A stretch of 64,000 nt of DNA from Ascidiella aspersa (lineage: Eukaryota), in NCBI GenBank assembly GCA_963924565.1, contig OZ004610.1, forward strand, positions 13,640,001 through 13,704,000. Direction: 5' to 3'. How positions within the stretch are numbered: position 1 is the first letter of the stretch; each line of letters begins with the position of its first letter. This document shows, piece by piece, positions 1 through 11,295 of this stretch. The notes under the pieces were generated by a model, which was not told the DNA's origin, ran no database searches, and worked only from the letters and a program-made list of their open reading frames with translations. The position numbers were made by a program, and so were the translations under genes.

Positions 1-900
1 GGCTCTGCCAGGGGGCCACAGAGGCATTACCCCATAAAAAATTATAAATATTGTACTCTTAATAATATTTTGTTTTTTAGCATTATAAGCAGTACCACAA
101 ACGTCGATCACCGGCATGCCCCATCTTCAATTGTCATGACTGTTACGTCATAAACGATTTAGTTATTATTAAATTCGCTATACTTATTGATGTAGTTACT
201 TTTTAGTCATTTTGTTTTTGCTCTCTGAATGGTTTTTAAGTATTGCGCTAAAACTCAGTAAGTTGCTGCTCGAAACGGTTTGCTAGCATATTTATATGTG
301 TTCGATGCGGCATTTTAATTCATGCAATGGCAAAAGCTAAACAACAAAAGTTTAAACTTTTTGCCCAGACCCCAACCTCTCTAAATTTTTGTCTGGCTAT
401 GTTACCGGTGACTGTGCTTTAAAAAAATCGCCTTTTTTCTTTTTTGTTTTCATTTTTTGTAATAAACGTAAAAGCATGCCGCTAATTTTTTTTATTATTA
501 GTAGTAGGCCTACGATACCGTTTTTGTGGTTGTTAAAGAAAAACGTTGCTTGAAAAAATCAGTGCCTCACCATCTAGGATCCTTACCGCACGTCACTGCT
601 TAATACGCTTACAGTCATTGAAACCATTAGGGCTTTAACTAGTAATGACTAAACTATGCGCTTTATTGTTTTCGCCATTTATTACAGCAAATATGTGCGA
701 TCGCGCAAAACGCAACAAATCCGCACAAACCGAAAAATGTGGGCCAAATTTAGGCCTGGTGTACATTTGTCCTCGCATGCTAGTCTATATACCAGGGGTC
801 GGCAACCTTTCGTACGCAGTGTGCCAGTTTATGAATAATGTCTAAATATTAACAACTCGCGTGCCAAACAATTTTCTATGTTTAGTTTCGCACTGGCAAT

Positions 901-993
901 CAGGGCTGCGGAGTTGGTTAAAAACAACCCGACTCCGACTCCGGCCGAATATCAAATTTTATCACGACTCCCGAGTCCGACTCAGCAGCCCTG
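901..993. mobile_element. Short internally deleted copy of the CAGGGCTGCGGAG / GACTCC-repeat MITE family
   Basis: Ends CAGGGCTGCGGAG and CTCAGCAGCCCTG with internal GACTCCGACTCC motifs shared with 5761-6144 and 20028-20403. TSD not recognisable. Confidence 0.7.
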
Positions 994-1138
994 CTGTGAT
1001 CTGACATCTAATTTACGTATCTTTTTTGAAATATACTTCGATGCTTTTTAAGCCGATACCTAGAAGTGTTAACTTTCAGTTTCGCTTTTTGTTGGTTTCT
1101 CAGTCGCACAAAAACACGTGCTTACTTTTAATGTAGAA

Positions 1139-1600
1139 CAGTGGTTCTCAACCTTTTTAGCATACGGATCGGTAAAATTTCAAAACAAATTTTGCGCACC
1201 GGTGGCACTTCAAAAATTAAAATCAACCAAAAATGTAACAATTACGACAAAAGTATGCAACTTAAAAGAAAATAACGAAAACTTCTATGTAATGAGAAAT
1301 TTGCTGCTGTCTTTTTGATATCATACGTGTTATACGTGGTTCTTTTGAAGTTTTTCACGTACAACTGGTCTTAAAGTTTAGGATTTAAACGAGTTGTAGC
1401 CTACTTTTAAATAGTTGTGCACAACACTTGCAGCATTGTGACGTAAGATAAAGTCCAAAAAATTTTGGAACTGGTTAAGTTCTAAATTTAATGGACAAGC
1501 CGCCTTCAACATCTTGCATTTTGCAATTGAGATATAAATTTGTAATCTATTTGGCGGACCGGCAGGAAAGTTGACGCGAACCGGCGGTTGAGAACCACTG
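1139..1600. mobile_element. hAT MITE nested in 793-1942
   Basis: TIRs CAGTGGTTCTCAACC / GGTTGAGAACCACTG. Perfect 8-bp TSD ATGTAGAA at 1131-1138 and 1601-1608. Confidence 0.9.
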
Positions 1601-2756
1601 ATGTAGAATGCCCTGCTTTAACGTACCGGTAGTAAACGTTACGCCAAATTTGGGGCATCGTGACGTAATACGAACGGTTAGTGGTAAACAACAAGTACGC
1701 CGACAAAAAATAATATTAAATACAACACAGTTAAGACACTTATTTGTGACACGAACTGGCAATGTGTGCAACCACTTAGTTAGCGCTAGTGTTAATAATG
1801 TAATAGTAATGTTAATGATGTGGTAGTGATGTAATGGTTACACTTTCTTAAGGTGAACGTGCGCGTTAAATCAATTGGCGTGCCATGCAAAATCATCTTG
1901 CGTGCCACAAGTGGCACGCGTGCCAGGGGTTGCCGACCCCTGCTATATACCAACTTGTAAAACAAAAACTTATTTTTCTAAAATGAAGTAGAAAAAGTTT
2001 CGCGGCACACTTCAATTATCTCCCGAAGCAAATGGTGTGCATTGTGCTGTGTCACACAGTACGAGAAACACTGGTTTAAGCGTTCTGCCTCGTTAGAGCT
2101 GTTCTTCCCTGTCTCTGGTATTTCGCAAATCAATGGGTGTGGAAAAGCACTTAAGTAGATTTTGTTAATTTTCGGAAATACACGATCTTTAATGCGAACT
2201 TTCTTTTAAAAGTCAAACACAAGTTTTTCGTATCATTTTTTAAATATTGGTCCGCCCAATCTTGTTTGAAAACAAAAATCCCAACTTCCACATACTTCTG
2301 ACGCTTGGGTTAAATGTAAACCAACATGTAAACAAAAACAAACTGTATAGCTGGTAGCTGCCCTTGTAAAATAATCGCTGCTGCTGCATCTTTTGTGACG
2401 AAACTGATTGCTGCAAAATGAACTGTACTTTGTGCGTACTGTGTTTAAGTTACAACACTCTTGCTATTTAATAAAAAGATGGAAAAATCTGTCTAAAGTG
2501 TGTGCAAACATTTATTGCTAGTTTGTCACGTACTCGGTCCAGAAACAGGAACCCAACAGCTGTTTTGTTAGATTGGGTATTTCCCACTCCTGGTAAACCC
2601 AAGTTTCCCTGGGAAGGCAACTGAGCCGTCTTGCACCACAGTTTCATCAGTTTTATTTTCAGTTTTACCCTTTTTGAAAGATATTGTACAAGCACATTAA
2701 ACTTGGTTTTAGAAAAAAAATATTTAGTTTTTATTTCTTTTTGAAAATAACCTAGA

Positions 2757-2960
2757 GGCGCTGGTCTGGAATCCTACCACAATGCACCTTATTTGGGTTA
2801 GGGTGCAGGTTAGAGATTGGGTAAGGGTGGGTTTTGCAATAGTATTAAATAATGAATATAATAATACTTCACCAACCCACACACCCTAACACTTACTCTT
2901 TCCCTAACCCAAATATTGTATGTTGATTTAGTAACTGTAGTAGGATTCTAGATGAGCACC
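2757..2960. mobile_element. MITE with GG..CC termini (superfamily uncertain, possibly Merlin-like)
   Basis: Imperfect TIRs GGCGCTGGTCTGGAATCCTACCAC / GTAGTAGGATTCTAGATGAGCACC with internal GGGTTA/TAACCC-like motifs. A second copy lies at 55202-55394. Confidence 0.65.
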
Positions 2961-3120
2961 AAAACCTATATTTAAACCTTTGTTTATCTTTGGCGTGCTG
3001 TGCTATGGTGCTAAAAGTATATTAAATGAACCTGGCTGTAGTAAGTAGTATTCCTAAATACCTTAAACTAAAACTAGTTTGCCTATTTTGTGACACAGGT
3101 TAAGAATAACTGTATAAACA

Positions 3121-6100
3121 ATGGCTAATGATATGTACAGTCGTAACAGCAATTCACACAAGTATCTGGAAACCAAACGGGACAGCTTTGATGATAGATC
3201 TGGATCACCTGTGCGACAATCTGATTCACCAAGGCTATCACGCAAAGCAATTAACAGTCTTGGTGATACAGAGAAAACTGGAGTTCCATTAAATACTCCA
3301 TGGACCTTGTGGTTGGATAGGTAAAAATCAATTTACTTTTATTGTAAAATTTTATGTATTTTGGGAAGACTAAACACCGATCTGTTCATAATCTTCAGTA
3401 GATGATGGCAAAAGCACTTGCCGAAACGTTTGCTAATAAAAGAATGAATCTTTTATCTATTATTTGGGCCACTCTCTTTCTACTGAAGATTATGTATTTT
3501 GCTTTTTTAATAAAGTTATGTTTAAGCATATATGACCCTCTTTACTAAAAAAAATATATATTTATATTTAGGCCATGACCAGACATCATCATACAAAAAA
3601 TTTATCAAGTCTGATTTTTAATAGTTACATTTTTTCAACAGGTCTGTTCCAAATCTTTCAGTGACAGAGTATGAGGCAAACCTGAGAAAAATTTACACTG
3701 TGTCCACTGTTGAGGTACTATGTCCATCTTAAAGTACATGCCATTATACATTTTTTCCAACAAAATCATTATGTTTTCTTTTATATTTGTTTGAAATTTT
3801 TAAAATATATTTATAAATTTCTTAAAAAACAGGGTTACCATTTTGTGTGTATTAGATTTTTGCATATTTTTGAGTGCAATGTCTATAAACCTGCTTTTAC
3901 AAAAACACATGCAAATTTATTTTTAAGATATGTGCTTAGTTTTTCTTATGGGGATTGGTTTATGTTGCTGGACTCGGGCTCAAGTAAGACTGCTCGAGTC
4001 CAGAGTCCCCCAAGCACATAGGCAGTCCTAAATTCGAAACAAAAAGGCCCATACTCTAAAAAAGGAAAAGTGGAATATTTTCCAACCACAAATTGTTGAT
4101 GGGTAAATTATAGTATTACTTGATTGTCATACATCCATCTATGTTCAAATGAATGGGTGGAATAGTGGCCGTAGACTCGACTGGATTGGCAATTTAGTCA
4201 TTAGTTGGACCCGGGAGTCAGAACTGTGGTTGTTTTTAACCATATGCTCATTTCAAAGCTGACTTTAAATTTCGACATCCGGTGTTTTTTCAGACCAGAC
4301 ATAATTTAGAGAACGAGTAAGTAAAACCATGTTTATCATCATGATTATAAAAAGGAATTTGTTCTTGAAGTTCATCATTTTTTAACACATGTATTTTATC
4401 TAGCAACATCTTCAAAGCTTGCATTGAAATAATTCCGGACGGTAAACTACATGGGCGAATGCAGGGTAGAGTAGTTCATGGCTTGGCGTCAACACACAGT
4501 ATACTTTGTTCCAAATTTGTTGTTCCAAAAGAAAATCGATTCAGTCCAAAAATACTATGCATGCTATGGCATGGTGCAGTGTGTGACTAATAAAATCTAT
4601 AAACAACAGTTTCTGTTAAATTGGACTACACATGCCATTTTTTTGAGCATGTTCCGTTTTATGTGCCTAAGGTTTTACGTATCCTTTCAAATGAAAAGTT
4701 TGTCAATTTCAAACAGATAGACGCAATTTTTATTGCAATTAGCCGGGCTGCATATTTGCGCATAAGTTGGTCAGCAAACAAAAAAAACAAAAATTGAAAA
4801 GTACCGATAATTATTTCATATTTAAGAGGTTTGCAGGACACAGGACGATTACCAAACAGACGCAGTAGAAAAAAGGTTAAAAACCAATGTTTTATAACAA
4901 CCTGTTGAAACGAAATCCAATAAAATGTTCATTCCCAACAGACAAAAATTCGTCCTTCCCCCCTTTATTTTTTGGTCTTAGCAGATGGTAACCATGCTTA
5001 TAAACAAAGATGTTTTTTGCAAAATAATGTAACAATAAACTCGTTAATTGCAGAAAACTGTGTACTGTGTTTTATTTTACCCAAGTAAAAAGGCATGTCT
5101 GAACTTGACCAACGAATAGTTGGTTGATTTCATTTGAGTTAATTTGTTTGTTTTTTTGATTAGAGTTTCTGGGGTGTCTTCAACCACATACCAACACCAA
5201 GCAATCTGGTGACAAGGTACAGCTATCACTGGATGAGGAACAATATCAGGCCTGTTTGGTGAGTTTAACTAATCATGTATCATGCATTATTCCCAAGTTT
5301 TTATCAAGTTGAACTGTGATGTTGTTACACCAAAATTTCAGGATTTTTACTTAGTGGCCTGTTAGATGCCAAGCGCTTCACAAAGTGACTTACAACTGAA
5401 TTTATATAAGTGAACGTAAATAAAACAAACAGAAGAGGTAATACAATAAAAGCGACCAACGTATAAAAAAGAAACAGAAACATAATTTGCAAAAATATCG
5501 AAATGTTGCCTAAATCCAAATGTCAGCATATTTCCCTGTTTTACAAATAAACTACAACAAGGGGAAAAAAAGGTGTAAGTGACAAATGTAACTAATTTTT
5601 AGATGCCAACCAACAGAAAACATAATAAGATAAGAAATAAAGCGTGAAAGGCGAAGTGCAAAATTGGAAAAGCAATATAATTCACTTGAGTGTGAAAGAA
5701 AGAGTGTAAAGAACAGACGTGCAAACGATAAAATGTTAAAACAATTTCACACAAACAAACCAGGGCTGCAGAATCGGTTAAAAATAACCCGAGTCCGACT
5801 CCGGCCAAAAAAATAAAACCGAGTCCGACTCCGGTCAAATGTGCAATTGCCTGTATTTCACCAATTTATATAACTAAAATAACGCGGATATTCAGTAATC
5901 CACTTATAGGGGTGTTGTATAATTCATTCACTCAAAATACATGGTTGGAAAATATTGTACCATATGCTATTTTGCTTTTACAATTTTCATTTGGCGGCTG
6001 TTTCAGTTTTTAAATTAGGTACTACGCATGCGCATTTCAGGCTCGGGACTCGGGTAGTTTTGCAACGTCTTACTCGAGTCCGGAGTCCGACTCCAGCAAA

Positions 6101-8248
6101 AACAAACCGACTCCTCGAGTCCCTAGTCCTACTCCGCAGCCCTGAAACAAACAATAAAATAATGCGTGTAACAGTGTCGCGGTAACTTTAATAAAATCAG
6201 TAAGATCAATGTTCTCTTATATTATCCTAAAGAACCACAAAGGTTAAAAATATCTAAAACAGGTTTATTAAATGACAGAATATGTGTTGGGACAGGCTTA
6301 GATCCGAATAAACAATATTATTATTATTATTTTTTTTTCATGTTCTCTCATATTATTTGTTGTTAAACATAGGTTGGCCTTTTTATAACAACCCTTATTA
6401 GTCAGTTAACTGGTTTTAATGCAAGACAATGGCTGCTGTTAACTAGATAGTTCTAAAATTAAACTAAAAATTTCAACATCATCGAAATTATTTCACAATC
6501 TTGACACAGCTTTTTACCATTTTTACATAAGCTGATGATAACATAATGAAACTTGAAATTTTACTTTGGTATTAACTATGTGATCACTTTTAGGGAAGAT
6601 GAAGTCAACACAAATGGAGGAATGTGGAAACTGCGATGTCACAAGCTTTGCACTGTAGATTTTTCTTTACTTTCTAAATCTTTATTAATTAACCAATTAA
6701 TTAGCTCTATATCTAAACTTAGTTATGCATAAAAAGCTGTTACAGGACAATAAATCCCGATCAAATCTTAACAGACAATGTGCCAATTATATTTTCCAAG
6801 TATTGGTCACATCCTACTGGTATTATCTAACATTTCTAACATCTTTTAGTTTTTGTTATTTTCTGCTGCTAGAAATGCCAATAAAACTATTTTAGATAAA
6901 TTCAAGCGAATAGGACCAAAACTTGATATCAATGATTTTTTACAGAAAAAAATATTTAAATTTCAAACATACTACCATTGTAATATTATTATTCTAAAGC
7001 TGACCAATTGCTAAAACTTTGCAGGATAGTGTGTGGAATGAACTGTTGTTGGCTTGTATTGGTGAACAGTTTTCCCAGTATGTCAACAAAGGTAATTAAT
7101 TATTTTATATTATCTTATTGAATATAGTATTGAGTTTAAATATGTCCATTCTTTGTTGTTACGCCGATCCTTGAACTGAATGTAAAGAGTTCTTGTTTAC
7201 CCGTTGTACTGTTTATAAGCTTAGACTTAAACCAGTGGTTCCCAAACTTTTTGTTGTCGCGACCGTCTTGTGAGTTTACAAGAACCTACACGCCCCGGAA
7301 TTATTCTTACATTGGGTGAAAGTAAGAGTAAAGTTAACTCGAAAACACGACTGGTTTACTAAAGCAATTGCCGTTAACAAATTTTTTAGACTGGCACATT
7401 ATTTTACTCTTTACACTGCTAACTTTTGTATTGTTTTTTTATGCCAATTTTCGTTCGGCAAATAGTACACGGCGATCCCCTGACAACCTCTTGCGACCCC
7501 CAGGTTGGGAATCACCCACTTAAACCAATACAAAAATGTTACAGGGGATGACATCATTGGTTTGAGTGTTAGCGTAAGAAAGAACGATGACCTTGTTCAG
7601 CTCTGGAACAAGGATTCAGCAGGTGCAGAGGACAACAAGGTCATGCAGCGAGTCAAGGAGCTCGTGCCCAACGTCACCTTCGAGACGAGCTTCTACAAAC
7701 GTAAGCTTTTGGTTTACACCATAAGTTGTCAAACTGCGTGAAGATCAATAGTGTGCTTGGTAATACCAGTTCAGTGGACTTTAGTGAAGTGACTAACTAG
7801 CGATGGGAAGTTATTAGACAACATACGCGGTTTAGGTTTGTGTGGCCTGCAAATAGTGCAGTTACTCGCTAGCTACTTCCTGTTATGATGTCATCCATTG
7901 ACCTGTTCGTTTATCACGTTTTAGCAAAAATACTGAGAGGTTTAAATTTTTGCCTGTGCTTGATTAACTTTTCTCTTTTCGATACCATTTTATTTATAGT
8001 TTATATAATATATATGTAAAACTTATTCTGTGACATATTTACAATGTAGCCCTGTTTTAATAACACTTTTTTTCCATAAAAAAGATTTTATTGAGCCGAA
8101 ATACCAAGTAGTTTTTCTTGTGCTAAGTTTAACTTATTGCCTCGTAATTTCTAACCTAACTGATACTTTGTTAATATTCTGTATATGATTCCATATATTT
8201 ACAGCACACCAAAAGCATCGATCTGTTGAAGCCAGGAACGGCCCATGA
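3121..8248 (+). CDS. EIF4E3: Eukaryotic translation initiation factor 4E class III (eIF4E3), 7 coding exons, 231 aa
   Basis: Exons 3121-3320, 3642-3714, 5164-5258, 6594-6654, 7025-7091, 7545-7700, 8205-8248; all introns GT-AG and phase-compatible (696 nt). Motifs PLNTPWTLWLDR, NLRKIYTVSTVESFWGVFNHIP, RPVWEDEVNTNGGMWK, VWNELLLACIGEQF, DDIIGLSVSVR..DDLVQLWN and FYKPH match class III eIF4E. Confidence 0.95.
3387..3494 (+). mobile_element. Penelope-like element remnant with 5'-inverted end and truncated hammerhead ribozyme core
   Basis: 16-nt inverted repeat CATAATCTTCAGTAGA (3387-3402) / TCTACTGAAGATTATG (3479-3494) enclosing GATGAT-GGCAA-aagcac-TTGCC-GAAACGTTT and an AATAAA. Confidence 0.55.
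5761..6144. mobile_element. hAT MITE (CAGGGCTGC TIR, GAGTC/GACTC subterminal repeats)
   Basis: TIR CAGGGCTGC / GCAGCCCTG. Perfect 8-bp TSD AAACAAAC at 5753-5760 and 6145-6152. Reverse-orientation sibling at 20028-20403. Confidence 0.9.
7233..7517. mobile_element. hAT MITE in eIF4E3 intron 5
   Basis: CAGTGGTTCCCAAAC at the left end and degenerate GGTTGGGAATCACCC at the right end. 8-bp TSD ACTTAAAC at 7225-7232 and 7518-7525. Confidence 0.8.
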
Positions 8249-9170
8249 AATAGCTTACCCACAAAACCAAAGCAAAACCGGAATCATATCCCGTATGTGG
8301 ACCCATTCAGTGTACTGTGCAATTAGTGTTAACAGTTCCTCTTAATCCTTTTTTAACTTATTTCCACCTGTACACTTTTGGGTTTTAGCCTGCGCGGCCA
8401 TAGATACGCGAACTTGTGTTTATAGAATGGTAAAACGTGCACGGCACTTGCTTGAAAATGAAATGTGTTCCATGAGGTCGTTTTAAAGTTTTACTGTATC
8501 GTGCCTCATTGTCTGTTCCAAACCGCACTTCCAACCGCATTTTGTTCAATGTTTTTATCGTTTTGCTTTCACACTTTCAAATGATTGATTCACCTTCTCT
8601 ACATTGTTTGTTGCGTTATAAATTGTGTAGTTAACCGGAGTATTGTACATATTTTTGTGTTTTATTCGAAGACTATTTTAGGTGACCTTTCTATGTTCCC
8701 TTTTCCGCTTTGATACAGTTACTTTGCGTTATGCGTGTAGGTTAAAGTAGTTTCGTCTTTTGCGACTGCCCTGCGTTTATCAACGTCTGTATACGCAAGG
8801 TTATATTCTATCCCGTTTTTCTGTTTCGTAAATATAACATTCGTTGGTTATAGGGGATTAAATTAATAAATCCCAAGTCTCGTTTGCCAAATTGCTGCAC
8901 GACGTTACCTTCACTATTTCAATTACGTAATGCATGCCTTGCAAGTACTTTTAAAAGTTAAAATAAGCGTAACTTCAAACAACTTTCTATTTTCAAAATT
9001 TAAAATAATTAGACCTATTTATAACGTTTTTGTTTCGGTTAGGATAGGCTTGTTCTTTTGTTTGATTAAAATAAGCTTACACTTAGTACGTAAGTCGTCG
9101 GTGCTGCGTTTCGGAACATTTGCGCCTTCATTACTTTCCTTAATTCCGTATTCTATTATACCATCGGTTC

Positions 9171-9176
9171 AATAAA
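9171..9176 (+). promoter_or_regulatory. Candidate polyadenylation signal of eIF4E3
   Basis: AATAAA about 0.9 kb after the stop, followed by GT/T-rich sequence. An alternative AATAAA lies at 8865-8870. Confidence 0.35.
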
Positions 9177-9865
9177 ACAGGTTAATCGACGATTTGGATG
9201 CGTGTTCTTCTTCTGCAACAAAGTCGGAGCTGAACTTTAACTCATGACTACGGCGATTTTTGTCTTGAAAAAAAGAGAAATTTTGACCTAAAAAATAAAA
9301 ATTAAGACAAAATGTTGCATATTTAATTGTTTTGAAAAAATGTTGGCTTATCAGAAATATATTGATTTGAACAACGCAATGTTGTATGAAGTACTACATT
9401 AGTGCCTTGGTGTCTTCAGTTATTTGTTTTAGATGTTTCACTGACACCGGTCGAACACAATCACTTTTTTCTGGTTTATACAAACTCTTAAAAATATTTA
9501 GTTGATTTAAGTACATTTTTTGCAAAGCCTACAAATATTATTATAAAATGTACTTTTTAAGCTCGTATATTGGGGTAGGTTAACCACCAAGAAAGAGACC
9601 AAGTTCTTATAGGCCTACAGCATATATTCATTTTGCAAGGGTCACACATAACAAATTCGTGACGACTTGTACTGTGCAGTGATCACTTTACAAAAAAAAA
9701 ATAGCACGTGGCTTGGTCTAAGCCTGCAGCCCCGAGGTTTAGTTAAAAACATACGACTGTATAATTTAGACTCAATCTGAATAAACTTTCGCCTTTGTGC
9801 TAATCTTGGTTGTTGTGTTTTTGCGCTAATCTTGATTGGCTTTTTGGTTTATGGTTTTTTTTTAC

Positions 9866-9933
9866 CGGGCTCAGGGCCTCGGGTTTGTGTTGGTGACAGC
9901 TGCACCACCCGGGGAGGGGAGCATCATTGCCCG
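9866..9933 (-). ncRNA. Box C/D kink-turn-like structured RNA module at the 3' end of the retroelement
   Basis: Minus strand reads CGGGC-AAUGAUG...CUGA-GCCCG: 5-bp terminal stem, 3-nt bulge, tandem G-A pairs, U-U and G-C, plus inner stems CGGGU/ACCCG and GGUG/CACC. Confidence 0.5.
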
Positions 9934-10202
9934 TTGTTTTATTAAAGTTTTGCGAAAACAAAACAAAGAATACAAGTGAAAATTACAATGAAAAAAAAGG
10001 GAACTATACAAAGTTGCTTTGTTGAGTTTTGTCGAAAAACAAAACATAACAAACAATGCAAGAGATACTTACAATGGGAATGAGAAAAAAGAAAAAAGGG
10101 ATCCAAAGGTAGCAAGTTCTCTCTTGACGAACGAAGATGTCTTCATATAAACTGAAGAACCTGGAGGTGGCATCTTCGAACATCTGAAATGTAGAAAAGG
10201 CT

Positions 10203-11295
10203 CTAAAATGTAGACTCGTGCGCATACAGCTCGCATTGCAGCTTGCTGTAGAGCTGTTTCGACTCTATAAGACAGTCACATTGAGTTGACTGCTCCTTCA
10301 TGAGAGGGTTGAAATAGTTGCGGCATGTTCGGCAAAAGTACCCGGTGTAGTTACCACCCGCGGTCACTGTTTGGGCTTTGATTGCCGAAATCTCTAGGGT
10401 GTAGTCGACTAATCGACGCTTCGGTTTATGGGCTGGTGTTTTGGAGCTTCCTTCTGAAGTTGAGGATCTGTTCCTCTTCCCTTGTGGAGATGGGTCGCTG
10501 GAAGAGAATATATGAGAGGAATTACCGCTCGCGGAATCGATTCCAATGCCAATGGCATTGAGCGAGTTCTCAAAAGCATGGAACTCCATGAAAGCATCTT
10601 CCTCGAGCTGGGCCTCGAGGAAGTCATTTCGACACCGTGATCGGCGTTCCAGCGAGCAGTGGAGAGCCTCCTGGTAGTACCTCCATAGGAGGAAAATTCT
10701 CGTCGTTCAGAGGCGGTGGCTCTGACCTGACGAGTTGCTCTTTTTTTGTCTTTTTTCTTTGCCAGTTTTGGACACGACGGTATTTCGTGGCCCATCTCTT
10801 TGCAGTAGTTGCTAAAATTCGGCTGACCTTGGTAGAACACCGCTACCTTGTCTTCCCGAGTTTAACCATTTTCGGGATAGGATTATTCTCGATTTCTGAC
10901 CTTTTCAGCGTCATTTCTCTCTTGCCATTGGCACATTTATCATTATCCCGAAGGATTCTGACTTTCGAGCACTCGGCATATTTGAGAGTGAACCATCTCT
11001 TGATGGCATCGTTTCGCATTCGCGGCGGTACATATGACAGTTTTGCCTTTATTTGATCCTCATCAAATAGCTCGGCAAAACTGCATTCGGGCCTCGCCCG
11101 TAGTAGTGCTGTCAAGGCGGCAGCAGATTCTCTTTTAGTACAGGTGAAAGTGACATAGCCGTTCGGCTTTTGCACAATAGCTTCAAGGTGGTCGATCCAG
11201 TCTCTCATTGTCGGGTAGCTGGCAGTTGCAGGACGGTCTTCGAGAAGAGGGTCTACTTCATTGACAGCCTTTTTGGTGCCTTTGCTTGCAGCCAT
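10203..11295 (-). pseudogene. Frameshifted gag-like/ORF1p-like nucleic-acid-binding protein with zinc knuckle
   Basis: Three consecutive ORF pieces (11295-10843, 10840-10409, 10589-10203) can be joined by frameshifts. They contain VFYQGQPNF(S)NYCKEMGHEIPSCP, the YxGQPxxCxxCxxxGHxxxxC motif of L1/Tx1 ORF1p and ZCCHC3 with the first Cys changed to Ser, then a basic/Ser-rich linker and a Cys-rich C-terminus. Confidence 0.7.

Larger units (their letters stand above)
793..1942. mobile_element. Non-autonomous hAT (Charlie-like) DNA transposon carrying nested insertions
   Basis: TIRs CAGGGGTCGGCAACC (793) and GGTTGCCGACCCCTG (ends 1942). Perfect 8-bp TSD CTATATAC at 785-792 and 1943-1950. Confidence 0.9.

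Noticed and set aside
4280-4480. Possible CR1/L2-type LINE 3' remnant in eIF4E3 intron 2
   Set aside because: Only a weak resemblance (ALKMLLDK), with no tail, TSD or RT motif.
9866-9933. SECIS element interpretation of the AUGA...GA motif
   Set aside because: There is no unpaired AA 11-12 nt after the quartet and no upstream in-frame UGA selenoprotein; the layout fits box C/D better.
10840-10865. Programmed -1 frameshift linking the 150-aa and 143-aa ORFs
   Set aside because: CTC GGG AAG is not an X XXY YYZ slippery site. A second frameshift and the Cys-to-Ser knuckle change point to ordinary decay or sequencing error.
10637-11056. 139-aa + strand ORF
   Set aside because: Antisense shadow of the retroelement ORF with no recognisable motif.
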